A DNA stretch of 64,000 bases from Planctomicrobium piriforme (GTDB taxonomy: Bacteria; Planctomycetota; Planctomycetia; Pirellulales; UBA1268). A model generated the notes under the pieces. The model was not told where the DNA came from. It saw only the letters and a list, made by a program, of their open reading frames with translations, and did not search any database. How positions within the stretch are numbered: the stretch's first letter is position 1; each line of letters opens with the position of its first letter. A program made the translations under genes and the position numbers. The stretch covers positions 25,238 to 89,237 of the forward strand of contig CAMBUD010000003.1 of the NCBI GenBank assembly GCA_945871035.1. The letters are read 5' to 3'. Positions 31,885-42,030 of the stretch are shown here, in pieces.

Positions 31885-32712
31885 TCAGCCACTGTGCATC
31901 GCTGCTTGACCCAACACCCGCCGCAGTGCGGTCATTGCGATCTCGCCGAACTGCCGCGGCGGCACGCTCCAGAGTTGCGGATTCATTAGCTCCACGCTGA
32001 CGGCCCCTGCATACGCAATGCCGACAAGCGCGTGCACGAGTTCCTGCGGCGGTGATCCCCCTTCACCAGGCAGGATACGATCTGAATCGCTGGCCATTTC
32101 ACGCGGAACGTCGGCAATGTCACAGACTTGAACGTGCGCTAAGTTCTCACAGGTAAGGAGATGCAAATCGAGTGATTTGCTCGGGCCAACGGTGTAGTGA
32201 AACCAGTCGAGACAGAGGCCGATCGACGGAGAGCCGACATCCTCCACCAACGCAACAGCCGATTGAAGATTGTTGGGAAAACTAGCGTGGGCATCAAATT
32301 CGATTGCCAGTTTTATGCCTGTATCGGCTGCCCGTTTCCCAGCCTCGGCCAGGCTCATGCTGAGCCGGCTTAAATCCTGCGGACCGAGTGGCCCGAAGGC
32401 ATCCGCCGCCACCACAAGCACTGGAATGTTCAGTTTACTCAGCAGCGTTAGCCGCTTTTCAAAGTGCTGCCAGTGCTCGCGGCGGGCAGCGCCCTGACTG
32501 ACCAGCAGTCCGCCTTGAAAACTGGCCACCACCGGCACGACTGCATGCATTGCAAAGCAATCCTTAAGCTCGTCCGGGCTCTTTTTTTCCAAAAAGGCTT
32601 CGGCCTGTCCCAGCCAGAGTTCAACGGCGTCACAGTGACCGGCGGCATAGTCGGCCAAGATTGCCTCTAGCGGGGCGTGGAGCGAACAGACTGTCGAGAG
32701 AGCAGGACGCAT
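31885..32712 (-). CDS. sugar phosphate isomerase/epimerase (xylose isomerase-like TIM barrel)
   Basis: AIEFDAHASF, GLCLDWFHY and VELMNP pattern of the AP-endonuclease-2 / xylose-isomerase-like TIM barrel family. Confidence 0.65.
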   Translation of the reverse strand: MRPALSTVCSLHAPLEAILADYAAGHCDAVELWLGQAEAFLEKKSPDELKDCFAMHAVVPVVASFQGGLLVSQGAARREHWQHFEKRLTLLSKLNIPVLVVAADAFGPLGPQDLSRLSMSLAEAGKRAADTGIKLAIEFDAHASFPNNLQSAVALVEDVGSPSIGLCLDWFHYTVGPSKSLDLHLLTCENLAHVQVCDIADVPREMASDSDRILPGEGGSPPQELVHALVGIAYAGAVSVELMNPQLWSVPPRQFGEIAMTALRRVLGQAAMHSG

Positions 32713-32826
32713 GCTGGCAGTCTAGTGATGGAGAAGGGTTTGCAAAATCGTGAAGCACAGTTTGAGGGCGTACGTCTGGGAAAGAAGCATCTGCCTGCTC
32801 CCACCTGTCCTGTTGGTTAGGCACAC

Positions 32827-34482
32827 TTACGATTCCTGCAGTCGGGTTCGCAATGCGCTGACGCATTCGTTGAGCGGCAAACGGATCTGCGTTAGCGAAT
32901 CGCGATCGCGAAGCGTAACCGTCTGATCGGCAAGTGTCTGACCATCAATTGTCAGGCACCACGGCGTACCCGCTTCATCCTGTCTGGCATAGCGCCGGCC
33001 AATCGAACCCTTTTCGTCGTACATGCAAGCCAGCTGGGTTTTCAAGCTGCGATAGAGTGCAATCGCCACCTCTGGCATGCCATCTTTTTTTACCAGCGGT
33101 AAAATGGCCACCTTGATGGGGGCCAGCCTCGGGTGCAGTTTGAGCACTGTACGGCTGCGCGCCTTGCCATCTTCATCGGGCACTTCGTCTTCGTGATAGG
33201 CATCACAGAGAAATGCCAGCACCGCCCGATCCGCGCCGGCCGATGGCTCAATCACGTGCGGAATGTAGCGCTCGCGAGTGACATCATCGAAGTAGCTCAA
33301 ATCCTTGCCGCTGCCGCGGTGACGCGGCTTACCGTCAGCGCCGAGCTCAACGACCAGCGCCCCATCCTTGCGCACCAATTTACCTTCGCTATGACTGCGG
33401 AGATCGAAGTCGCCCCGGTGTGCAATCCCTTCGAGCTCACCGAATTCGCCAGTCGCTAGAAACGGGAATGCGTATTCAATATCGGCGGTACCGACGGAGT
33501 AGTGCGAAAGTTCATCGGCAGCATGCTCTCGCAACTGTAACTTTCCAGCAGTTAAACCGAGGCTCAGATACCAGTTCCACCGGCGGTCTCGCCAAAAACG
33601 ATACCAAGCAGCCGATTCATCGGGCTTGCAGAAGAATTCAATTTCCATCTGTTCGAACTCGCGCGAGCGGAACGTGAAATTGCGCGGCGTGATCTCGTTG
33701 CGAAAGCTTTTGCCAATCTGTCCAATGCCAAACGGCACCCGCACTCGCGATGTATCGAGTACATTTTTGAAGTTCATGAAAATGCCTTGCGCCGTCTCCG
33801 GACGCAAGAATGCTCGGTCATCATCGCCGCCTGCCAGGGCTCCAATCCGGGTTTCAAACATGAGGTTGAACTCACGGGGTGGGGTGAGCGTTCCCGGCTC
33901 GGTGGCAGCAGGGCCCAGCGCCTCCGCCAGAGCGACAGTGCCGTCTGCAATGCACCTTGCCAATGGGACAAGGCCTCCCTCCTGCCATTGAATCTCGTCG
34001 CTGTTCTTGGGCCGTACGCCAAAAAATTTAAGGGCCTTGGCTTCTGAATCGGCCACGGCTTCCTCACCAGATTGATCGCTCACAATAAACACCCGCTTGG
34101 CTCGGTAGGTGGCAAACCGCCCCTGCAGGTGATCGTATCGGTAGCGTCTTTTTGACTCACGGCAATCGACAAGCCAATCGTGAAACAGATCAAAATGGCC
34201 CGAGCACTTCCACACCTGTGGGTGCATGATGATCGTGCAGTCGAGACCGGTCATCTCGTACGGACTCCCCGCGCCCGGCAGAGTGGCCAATTCATCATGA
34301 CCAGCCACCATGTCTTGCCACCAGCATTCCTTGAGGTTGCGCTTCAGCGCCACCCCAAGCGGGCCGTAATCCCAGAAGCCGTTCAATCCGCCGTAAATCT
34401 CACTCGACTGAAAAATAAATCCGCGTCGCTTGGCGAGCGAGACGATCTTGTCCATGCGCGACTGTTCGTTTGGATTGTCCAT
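32827..34482 (-). CDS. glyQS: glycine--tRNA ligase (class II, dimeric GlyQS type)
   Basis: IVSLAKRRGFIFQSSEIYGGLNGFWDYGPLG, FLRPETAQGIF, FRNEITPRNFTFRSREFEQMEIEFF and a C-terminal anticodon-binding domain. ATG 34455 is an alternative start. Confidence 0.9.
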   Translation of the reverse strand: MDNPNEQSRMDKIVSLAKRRGFIFQSSEIYGGLNGFWDYGPLGVALKRNLKECWWQDMVAGHDELATLPGAGSPYEMTGLDCTIIMHPQVWKCSGHFDLFHDWLVDCRESKRRYRYDHLQGRFATYRAKRVFIVSDQSGEEAVADSEAKALKFFGVRPKNSDEIQWQEGGLVPLARCIADGTVALAEALGPAATEPGTLTPPREFNLMFETRIGALAGGDDDRAFLRPETAQGIFMNFKNVLDTSRVRVPFGIGQIGKSFRNEITPRNFTFRSREFEQMEIEFFCKPDESAAWYRFWRDRRWNWYLSLGLTAGKLQLREHAADELSHYSVGTADIEYAFPFLATGEFGELEGIAHRGDFDLRSHSEGKLVRKDGALVVELGADGKPRHRGSGKDLSYFDDVTRERYIPHVIEPSAGADRAVLAFLCDAYHEDEVPDEDGKARSRTVLKLHPRLAPIKVAILPLVKKDGMPEVAIALYRSLKTQLACMYDEKGSIGRRYARQDEAGTPWCLTIDGQTLADQTVTLRDRDSLTQIRLPLNECVSALRTRLQES

Positions 34483-34588
34483 GGGGCCTCAGGAGGAATG
34501 ATCCGGTTGGACACGATCCGAACAACGGATCGCGTGCGGTTAGAAGTGCGTGCGGGAGTGTAGTGCTCCGGTCGCCATGCAGTCCACC

Positions 34589-35374
34589 TCATACCAGCGG
34601 GAGACCGGCAGCCAGCAGCCACCCGGCTGCCTGATCCCAGATGGGCACCACGGGCAGCGAGTCGATGAGAGCTGCGAAAGCTATGTCGTCTTGCATGCCG
34701 AGGCTGCTGAGATTGATGCCACCGATCGATGCTGCCAGTGCCGCAGTGAGGGACTGCTCGTTGGAGCACGTTTGGTTCTCAATTGTCGTGCGGTAGCGAT
34801 TGAGCGCGTCCTGTCCACTGCGATCAAGACGGCTGTCCGCGCTCAGGCCTGCACCAACTGCTAAAATCGCACCGGCAGCTAACAGATCCTCTTCGGTGGC
34901 CATGCCGTCGGTGCCCGCACAGACCAAATGGATGCCCTCGATACCGCTACTGACTGCCAGCGCATGGGCAAACTTCGCCACAGCGGAACAATTCACCAAC
35001 GCCCCAATGAGTACGGTTCGAGCATCCCGACAGGCATTGAGGGCGGCAGTTCCGTTGGTTGTTGTGATCACAATCGAGCGATTGGCGACCCGTTGGCGGG
35101 AATACTCCCGTGGTGAATTACCCAGATCAAAGCTGTCGATTTGCACACCGCCACGCTCCCCACCGAGCAGTGTGCCCGATCCGATGGCCGCCGCCGCTGC
35201 CCGCGCTTGGGCCACTGTGAAGGTCGGTCGGATGCCGACTGCGCCGTTGGCCAGTGCCGTTACAATGGTCGTCGATGCACGCAGAACATCGATGACAACG
35301 GCAATCCCTCCCGCAGTGGACCCCTGCGGCATAAAATGAAAGCAGTCGTGGCAGTGCCAATGTATCGTCGCCAT
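34589..35374 (-). CDS. 2-phosphosulfolactate phosphatase family protein (ComB-like)
   Basis: VVIDVLRASTTIVTALANGA, LLGGERGG, DLGNSPRE and TTTNGT. Confidence 0.7.
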   Translation of the reverse strand: MATIHWHCHDCFHFMPQGSTAGGIAVVIDVLRASTTIVTALANGAVGIRPTFTVAQARAAAAAIGSGTLLGGERGGVQIDSFDLGNSPREYSRQRVANRSIVITTTNGTAALNACRDARTVLIGALVNCSAVAKFAHALAVSSGIEGIHLVCAGTDGMATEEDLLAAGAILAVGAGLSADSRLDRSGQDALNRYRTTIENQTCSNEQSLTAALAASIGGINLSSLGMQDDIAFAALIDSLPVVPIWDQAAGWLLAAGLPLV

Positions 35375-35390
35375 ACTGCCGTGGGTTCGT

Positions 35391-36188
35391 TTGGAAGCCG
35401 CCGTGATCGATCAATCATTTACTAACGTAAATCAATCGCCGTCTGCCGGCCACTGCATCGATAAAAATGCTTCCCGGGTGCGCGATATGTTTGCCGAAAT
35501 CGCGCCGCGTTACGACCTTGTGAATCGGGTGCTTTCCGGTGGCATCGACCTCTGGTGGCGACGGGTGACCGTGCGACTCGCTCCGCCGCCCGATTGCGGC
35601 GCGGTGCTCGATGTGTGCACCGGGACAGGCGATTTAGCGCTGGCATACGCTGCCCGCTGCAATCCTGGCGTTCGAGTCGTCGCATCTGACTTCTGCCAAC
35701 CGATGCTCGATCGCGGCATCCAAAAGTCGCAGACGCTAGGGGCGTTAAAAAACGGCGTTGCCGTCGAGTGGATTCAGGCCGACGCCATGCACTTACCCTT
35801 CTCCGATGCGCTCTTTGATCTGGTGACGGTCTCTTTCGGGCTGCGCAACATTGCCGAAACAAATCGTGGACTGACAGAAATGGCACGGGTGTGTAAGCCG
35901 GGAGGCAGGATGGCCATCCTAGAATTTTCCTTGCCGTCCCATCCGCTTGTGCGGCGGGTCTATCTCTGGTATTTCCGCAATGTGCTTCCGTGGATTGGAA
36001 ATACTGTTTCGCACAATGCCTCCAATGCCTATACCTATCTCAATCAAAGTGTTGAGGCATTTCCGTCGGGCACATCGCTGGTGGCATTGATTCGCCAGGC
36101 AGGCTTTACGACTGTTAAATTTTTCCCGCTGACATTTGGCATCGCAACGCTCTATGTCGCCATTCGCGCAGACCAAAACCTGCCCTGA
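35391..36188 (+). CDS. menG: demethylmenaquinone / ubiquinone C-methyltransferase (UbiE/MenG)
   Basis: VRDMFAEIAPRYDLVNRVLSGG, VLDVCTGTGDLA, SFGLRNI and KPGGRMAILEF. There is no ATG upstream of the conserved block, so the start is TTG 35391 or GTG 35403. Confidence 0.85.
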   Translation: MEAAVIDQSFTNVNQSPSAGHCIDKNASRVRDMFAEIAPRYDLVNRVLSGGIDLWWRRVTVRLAPPPDCGAVLDVCTGTGDLALAYAARCNPGVRVVASDFCQPMLDRGIQKSQTLGALKNGVAVEWIQADAMHLPFSDALFDLVTVSFGLRNIAETNRGLTEMARVCKPGGRMAILEFSLPSHPLVRRVYLWYFRNVLPWIGNTVSHNASNAYTYLNQSVEAFPSGTSLVALIRQAGFTTVKFFPLTFGIATLYVAIRADQNLP

Positions 36189-36257
36189 AAGCCTACAGAC
36201 TGCCGATACAGAATTTTTGAAACGTTGCTTGCCACTTTAAAAAGAGACGCGATTTGT

Positions 36258-36872
36258 ATGCCTCACGACCAACCTCCTATTGTGTTGGCGATTACCGGCG
36301 CTTCGGGTGCTGCGTACGCCGTGCGTTTGCTGAAGGTGTTGTTGGCAGCGAATCAGGAGATCCACCTCTCGATCAGCCCTTCGGGGCAAGCAGTGATCCA
36401 AGCCGAATTGGGACGGCACATCGATCTTGATCACTTCACCATCGAGACGCTACTCGGAGAGACGCCTCCAACTCCGGGCCTGCTGCACTACCACAACTTC
36501 AAAAATTTGCTGGCGCCCATTGCCAGCGGTTCCTTTCTGACGGCAGCGATGGTGATCTGTCCTTGCAGCGGGAGCACGCTTGGGGCGGTGGCCCATTCCA
36601 TCGGGGAAAACTTGATCCACCGTGCCGCGGAAGTGCATCTCAAGGAACGCCGAAAACTGATTGTTGTGCCGCGAGAAACACCGCTCTCGCTACCCCAACT
36701 CAAAAACATGCAACTGATTCACGAGGCTGGTGCTGTGGTCTTACCCGCCGCGCCGGGCTTTTACCACGGAGCAAAATCGCTCAGTGATTTGGTCGACTTC
36801 GTAGTGGCCAGAATCTGCGACCAACTGGGAGTGCCCAACACCCTTGTGCAACGCTGGGGCGAGGGAACGTGA
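36258..36872 (+). CDS. UbiX-family flavin prenyltransferase (MqnM-like)
   Basis: IVLAITGASGAAYAVRLLKVLL, ICPCSGSTLGAVA, ERRKLIVVPRETPLS. Confidence 0.85.
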   Translation: MPHDQPPIVLAITGASGAAYAVRLLKVLLAANQEIHLSISPSGQAVIQAELGRHIDLDHFTIETLLGETPPTPGLLHYHNFKNLLAPIASGSFLTAAMVICPCSGSTLGAVAHSIGENLIHRAAEVHLKERRKLIVVPRETPLSLPQLKNMQLIHEAGAVVLPAAPGFYHGAKSLSDLVDFVVARICDQLGVPNTLVQRWGEGT

Positions 36873-37795
36873 TGCTTTCGACAGTGAAAAAATATCTTGA
36901 GCTCGTGCGGTTCAGCCATACGATCTTTGCCCTCCCATTTGCGATCGCTGCGGCGCTGATTGCCGTTCACCTCGGAGGTGACAACGCCTTTGAGTTGTCG
37001 CTGCATGCGCCGCTGCCAGGAATGAAGCCCGTGGTAGGTATTTTGCTGTGCATGGTGAGCGCTCGCACAGCGGCAATGGCCTTCAATCGGCTTGTGGATC
37101 GTGCAATCGATGCAGCTAATCCGCGCACATCATCCCGCCACCTGCCGCGCGGTGATCTGCACGCGGGTGAGGTTTTGCTTTTGATAGTGCTGGCATTCTG
37201 CGTCTTCATTGGGTCGACAATGTTTTTTCTTCCCAACTGGCTGCCGCTGGTACTCTCGCTCCCGGTGCTAGCGTGGCTCCTCGGCTACAGCTATGCGAAA
37301 CGCTTTACGATGTTCGCCCACGTCTGGCTGGGCACTGCGTTGGGATTGACCCCGATCGCCGCCTGGATTGCAATCCGGGGTGGAATTGTTGTGAGCGATC
37401 CGGTCGACCTACTACCAAGCCTCTTGCTAGGACTCGCTGTAACGGCATGGGTGGCGGGATTTGACATAATTTATGCCTGCCAAGATGCTCACTTTGACGC
37501 CACCCACGGATTGCAGAGCATTCCGGCACGGTTGGGTGTGCAGCAAGCACTGCGTCTCTCTGCGTGGTTGCACGCAGTCATGCTGGTGGTGTTGGCACTG
37601 ATGCCGCTGGTGGTACCCGATTTGGGAGGCCTTTACTGGTTGACGCTCCTGGCAATCGGCCTCCTGCTGGCTTGGGAGCATAGCATTGTCCGAACGGACG
37701 ACCTTTCCCGCATAAATGAAGCTTTTTTTAAGGCGAATGCTGTCCTAGGAATGCTGATGATGACCGGGATTATGGCCGATCTCTGGCTTCTATAA
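36869..37795 (+). CDS. UbiA-family polyprenyltransferase (MqnP-like)
   Basis: The protein is polytopic. LVRFSHTIFALPF, first Asp-rich motif NRLVDRAIDAANPRT, second motif DIIYACQD. The start overlaps the UbiX-like stop. Confidence 0.8.
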   Translation: MMLSTVKKYLELVRFSHTIFALPFAIAAALIAVHLGGDNAFELSLHAPLPGMKPVVGILLCMVSARTAAMAFNRLVDRAIDAANPRTSSRHLPRGDLHAGEVLLLIVLAFCVFIGSTMFFLPNWLPLVLSLPVLAWLLGYSYAKRFTMFAHVWLGTALGLTPIAAWIAIRGGIVVSDPVDLLPSLLLGLAVTAWVAGFDIIYACQDAHFDATHGLQSIPARLGVQQALRLSAWLHAVMLVVLALMPLVVPDLGGLYWLTLLAIGLLLAWEHSIVRTDDLSRINEAFFKANAVLGMLMMTGIMADLWLL

Positions 37796-37893
37796 GATCT
37801 GTCTCGGTAGGGTTCGTGGTTGCGAATATTCCTGCCCTGCGGTTCTCTCTAGTGACTCCACCTCAAAACACGTCCAACTTTAGAAAACACTCC

Positions 37894-39033
37894 ATGATGC
37901 ATGCTCCCACTCCCTTGCTCCATCTGATTCGCGAAAAGATTGAGGCCGGGCAACGCCTCTCGGCCAGCGAAGCTGAGTCCCTCTGGGACGAACGCATTGC
38001 TCTGCATGAACTCGGTGAACTCGCCAACATTGTCCGGGAGAGAAAAAATGGCAATGCCGGCTACTACAACATCAACACCCATCTCAATCCTACAAATGTT
38101 TGTGTTTACCGATGCACCTTTTGTGCCTTCCGGGCTGATCTGCGCGATGCTCGGGGCTACGTGATGAGCGATGCCCAGATTCTGGCCCGCGGACAGGAAG
38201 CGGTTGAATCCGGCAGCACCGAGATGCACATCGTTGGTGGATTGCACCATCAAAAGAATTATGACTGGTATTTAAATATCATCCGTCTGCTACACGATCA
38301 CTATCCCGCGCTGCATCTCAAGGCATGGACGCCGGTCGAGATTAATTGGTTTCAACACCTGACCAAGCGGCCGTTGCGCGACATTCTTGTGGAGATGAAG
38401 GATGCAGGCCTCGGCAGTCTGCCGGGTGGTGGCGCTGAGATTTTTCATCCGGAAGTACGGGATAAGATCTGCGAACACAAAGCCGATACAGCGGAGTGGT
38501 TCAACGTGCATCGCACCGCCCATTCCATCGGATTGCGCAGCAACGCGACGATGCTCTATGGCCACATTGAAAATGCCTTTCATCGCACCGATCATCTCCT
38601 CCGCCTGCGACAACTGCAGGACGAAACTGGTGGCTTTCAAACATTCATTCCGCTGGCGTTTCACCCAGAAAACACCCGCCTCTCGCACATTCCCAAGCCC
38701 TCGGCGGCGATGGATCTACGCGTTATGGCGATCTCCCGGTTGGTGCTCGACAACTTCGAGCACATCAAAGCCTACTGGATCATGCTCGGGATTGGCACCG
38801 CCCAGACGGCGCTGGCCTACGGAGCAGACGACATCGATGGCACAGTGCGACACGAACTGATCTACCACGACGCTGGCGCAACGACACCTGAAGTTCTTGG
38901 TGTCGACCACATCCAACGTCTGATTCGTGAGGCCGGCCGCGATCCCGTGGAACGCGATACGCTCTACCGTCGAGTCGAGCGCAACAGCGCACAGTGCGGG
39001 AAGCAGTGGCACGCCACGGTGGCCTGCGGCTAA
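37894..39033 (+). CDS. radical-SAM menaquinone (futalosine pathway) enzyme, MqnE/MqnC family
   Basis: CVYRCTFCAF CxxxCxxC cluster, GSTEMHIVGG, SLPGGGAEIF, SNATMLYGHIE and FQTFIPLAF. Placement next to UbiX- and UbiA-like genes mirrors the MqnE neighbourhood I recall from Streptomyces. I cannot separate MqnE from MqnC by eye. Confidence 0.75.
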   Translation: MMHAPTPLLHLIREKIEAGQRLSASEAESLWDERIALHELGELANIVRERKNGNAGYYNINTHLNPTNVCVYRCTFCAFRADLRDARGYVMSDAQILARGQEAVESGSTEMHIVGGLHHQKNYDWYLNIIRLLHDHYPALHLKAWTPVEINWFQHLTKRPLRDILVEMKDAGLGSLPGGGAEIFHPEVRDKICEHKADTAEWFNVHRTAHSIGLRSNATMLYGHIENAFHRTDHLLRLRQLQDETGGFQTFIPLAFHPENTRLSHIPKPSAAMDLRVMAISRLVLDNFEHIKAYWIMLGIGTAQTALAYGADDIDGTVRHELIYHDAGATTPEVLGVDHIQRLIREAGRDPVERDTLYRRVERNSAQCGKQWHATVACG

Positions 39034-39036
39034 CCT

Positions 39037-39087
39037 GTGGACAAAGTCCTCCATGCACTTTGTCCACTTGAAAACCTCCGGTTTTTT
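39037..39087 (+). terminator. candidate (possibly bidirectional) intrinsic terminator between the mqn gene and recG
   Basis: Perfect 11-bp stem GTGGACAAAGT(39037-39047) / ACTTTGTCCAC(39057-39067). A second small stem AAAACC / GGTTTT follows and runs into a T tract (ggttttttg). Confidence 0.5.
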
Positions 39088-39156
39088 GCGGGTGCTACGC
39101 ACCCGGGACCGCGTCGTGCGGTCCAACACGTGGTTTATCCACAGCCTGCTAAGGCC

Positions 39157-41328
39157 TCACCCCACCTGCCCTAAGCCCAACTTCTCGCCCCAGCGTCGCT
39201 GAATCAACTCATGCAGCCGCCGCAACTTGGGATCGGCAACCGTCGGGTCACGTTCGAAAAGTGCAATGGCATCGCGGCGGGCCTCGGCAACGACTGAGGC
39301 ATCCCGCAGCAGATCAGCCAGATACAGCGGTGGCGCTCCGCTTTGCCGAGTGCCTACTAAATCTCCCGGACCTCGCAATAACAAATCTTGTTCGGCCAAC
39401 TTAAATCCATCTGTGGTTGACACGAATGCATCGATCCGCGGAATGGATTCAGTAGCCGACTCCGTCACCGCGCCGCATATTCCCTGCGTTGCCCCTCGCG
39501 CCACGCGTCCACGCAGTTGATGGAGCTGCGCCAAACCAAACGTATCGGCATCTAATATTGTCATGATGGTTGCCTGCGGCACATCGATACCAACTTCGAT
39601 CACGCTCGTCGCCACCAAGACGTCGAGCTTTCCACAACGAAAGTCGTCCATGACGGCTGTTTTCGCCTTCGATTTCAGACGCCCATGCACAAGACCGAGT
39701 CGGAATGCCTCGAGGGGGCCATTGGCTAAGTTTTCAAAGGCACTGGAAATACTGGCTAGATCCCGCTTGGATTCCTCGATTGCCGGCACGACAACGTAGC
39801 CACGCCGGCCCTCTGATAATTTTTTACGAAAGAACTCCCACCATTTTTCCAGCTGCTCTGGCCCCACTCGATAGGTTGCCACAGGCTGACGACCGGGCGG
39901 CTGCTCGTCGAGCACCGAGACAGCAAGATCGCCATAAATGGCATGTGCAATCGTGCGCGGGATTGGCGTGGCCGTCATAACGAGGGTGTGCGGATCGGCC
40001 TGCCCTTGTTGCAACAGTGCCCTTTGGATCACGCCAAACCGGTGCTGTTCATCAATCACAACCAACGCCAGGTTTTTAAACTTGGCCGTACCACACACCA
40101 GTGCCTGCGTGCCGACTACGATGCCCACCTGTCCATCAGCAATCCGCGCCGCAATCCGCGCCCGCTGCAACGCCGGCTGACCACCCACTAGTAATTCGAC
40201 TTCTACGCTTCCCCCCTTGCCTGAGAGCATCCGCTGGAGTGTCGCTACGTGTTGCCGTGCCAGCAATTCTGTCGGCGCCATCAGTGCGGCCTGATAACGC
40301 TGAGAAACCAGCGGCGGGGATGCGTCTGCGTGTGGAGTTGTCGCCGGCACCTTCGTGCCCACTACCGCCAGCATCGCGTAGGCTGCCAGCGCTGTTTTAC
40401 CGCTGCCAACGTCCCCTTGGAGCAGTCGGTTCATCGGCTCATCGCGCGCCAGATCGGCCGCAATTTCAGTAGCTACACGACGCTGTGCAGCGGTAAACTC
40501 AAAGGGGAATCGCGCTCGGATTCGGCTGTCGAGTCGAGCGTCGATCGCGATGGCCGGAGCCGACCGTCGCTCTTGCTGTTGGCTGCGATGCATGCGCAGG
40601 GCCAACTGCAGCATGAAGAGTTCCTCGTAGACAAAGCGGCGCCGGGCGGCAGCAATCATCGCGTGGCTCGATGGGCAGTGGATCTCACGAATAGCTTGCG
40701 CAATCGGCAGCAGCGATTTTTCGCGGAGCATCTCCTCGGGAAATGCCTCGGCCGGTAAATCAGCGGCGTGGGCAATCGCTGCCTGCACGGCCGTGCGCAC
40801 AAGCGACTGCGGCACGCCTTCGCTGAGCGGATAGACGGCCAGCCACTCCGACCCACTCGCCGTTTCGCCTGCAGACAACCAGCGAACTTCGGGGTGGGTA
40901 AATTCCCAGATTGTGCCGCTTTTCTTTGCAGATCCAGCAATCACCACACGCATCCCCACCGCAAATCGCTTTGCCATAAACGGCATGTTGAAGAAGACTG
41001 ATCGCACATGACCGCCAGCGCATGCCAGCAAAAACGAGAACCTCTGCCGACCCAGTCCCGTCGTCCTTGAGGAAACATCCGTCACGTTACCAGCGATTGA
41101 AGCGTGCTCACCTTCGCAGATATCAGTGATGCGGTGCGCGCCACTAAAATCACGGTAGTCACGCGGGAAGTGCATCAATGCGTCGCGCGCCGTGATGAGC
41201 TGAAGGCGGATGAGTTTTTCGGCCCGTGCAGTGCCCACTCCCGGCAAACGCTCAAGCGGTGTCGACAGGCTGCGCTCAGCAGTTTGTTTGTGAGATGCTT
41301 TTGTTTCGTGGCGAGGAGATGGTTCCAT
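39157..41328 (-). CDS. recG: ATP-dependent DNA helicase RecG
   Basis: Wedge/OB N-terminus, LLQGDVGSGKTALA, VIDEQHRFGV, MTATPIPRT and QLHQLRGRVARG. Confidence 0.9.
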   Translation of the reverse strand: MEPSPRHETKASHKQTAERSLSTPLERLPGVGTARAEKLIRLQLITARDALMHFPRDYRDFSGAHRITDICEGEHASIAGNVTDVSSRTTGLGRQRFSFLLACAGGHVRSVFFNMPFMAKRFAVGMRVVIAGSAKKSGTIWEFTHPEVRWLSAGETASGSEWLAVYPLSEGVPQSLVRTAVQAAIAHAADLPAEAFPEEMLREKSLLPIAQAIREIHCPSSHAMIAAARRRFVYEELFMLQLALRMHRSQQQERRSAPAIAIDARLDSRIRARFPFEFTAAQRRVATEIAADLARDEPMNRLLQGDVGSGKTALAAYAMLAVVGTKVPATTPHADASPPLVSQRYQAALMAPTELLARQHVATLQRMLSGKGGSVEVELLVGGQPALQRARIAARIADGQVGIVVGTQALVCGTAKFKNLALVVIDEQHRFGVIQRALLQQGQADPHTLVMTATPIPRTIAHAIYGDLAVSVLDEQPPGRQPVATYRVGPEQLEKWWEFFRKKLSEGRRGYVVVPAIEESKRDLASISSAFENLANGPLEAFRLGLVHGRLKSKAKTAVMDDFRCGKLDVLVATSVIEVGIDVPQATIMTILDADTFGLAQLHQLRGRVARGATQGICGAVTESATESIPRIDAFVSTTDGFKLAEQDLLLRGPGDLVGTRQSGAPPLYLADLLRDASVVAEARRDAIALFERDPTVADPKLRRLHELIQRRWGEKLGLGQVG

Positions 41329-41466
41329 GGCCGCAGTCTATCGGGGCGCTAAAAAATAGGTGTACGAACGCCAAGAAATTGCCTGTGGCAATGCGATTGA
41401 TCTTCGACTGCTGCCTCGGGCTTGCGGCGTCGCCATGGCCGTGAAAACGACCGCAGCCGACGCTGA

Positions 41467-41970
41467 CTAGGGCAATGGCGGCCGGGTGGCCGAGCGCCGC
41501 AGCAGCGGCTGATAAGCGGCCACAGCCAACTTATCGCACTGTTCGTTTTCGACATGGCCGGCATGCCCTGCCACGTGCGTGAAAACCACCGTGTGCGCCG
41601 CTGCCAAGCGATCCAGCTCCCGCCACAGATCTTCATTTTTAATGGGCACGAGTCGGCCGCCGTCCTTGCGTTTCCAGCCCTGCAGTTTCCACTTGGGCAA
41701 CCACTGGGAAAGTCCCGTGCCGACGTAGACGCTGTCGCTCACAAGCTCCACGCGGGTCGGTCGCTTGAGTTGTGCAAGTCCCTGCACGGCGGCACGCAAT
41801 TCCATGCGGTTATTGGTTGTATCGGGTTCAGCACCAGACTCGCTGGTCTCGCGACCACTCTCAGGATGCCTGAGGATGTACGCCCATCCTCCGGGCCCTG
41901 GATTGCCGCTGCATGCGCCATCCGTAAAAAGTAAAACTTCACTCGCCACACCGTTGTCGACCTTAGCCAT
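41467..41970 (-). CDS. rnhA: ribonuclease HI
   Basis: LFTDGACSGNPGPGGWAYIL, TNNRMELRAAVQGL, SDSVYV and HAGHVENEQCDKLA. Confidence 0.9.
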   Translation of the reverse strand: MAKVDNGVASEVLLFTDGACSGNPGPGGWAYILRHPESGRETSESGAEPDTTNNRMELRAAVQGLAQLKRPTRVELVSDSVYVGTGLSQWLPKWKLQGWKRKDGGRLVPIKNEDLWRELDRLAAAHTVVFTHVAGHAGHVENEQCDKLAVAAYQPLLRRSATRPPLP

Positions 41971-42030
41971 TCATATCTCCAGAATCTCAATGCTTTTTTG
42001 CAACCGCTCACGCGGACGGGCGGCGGTATT

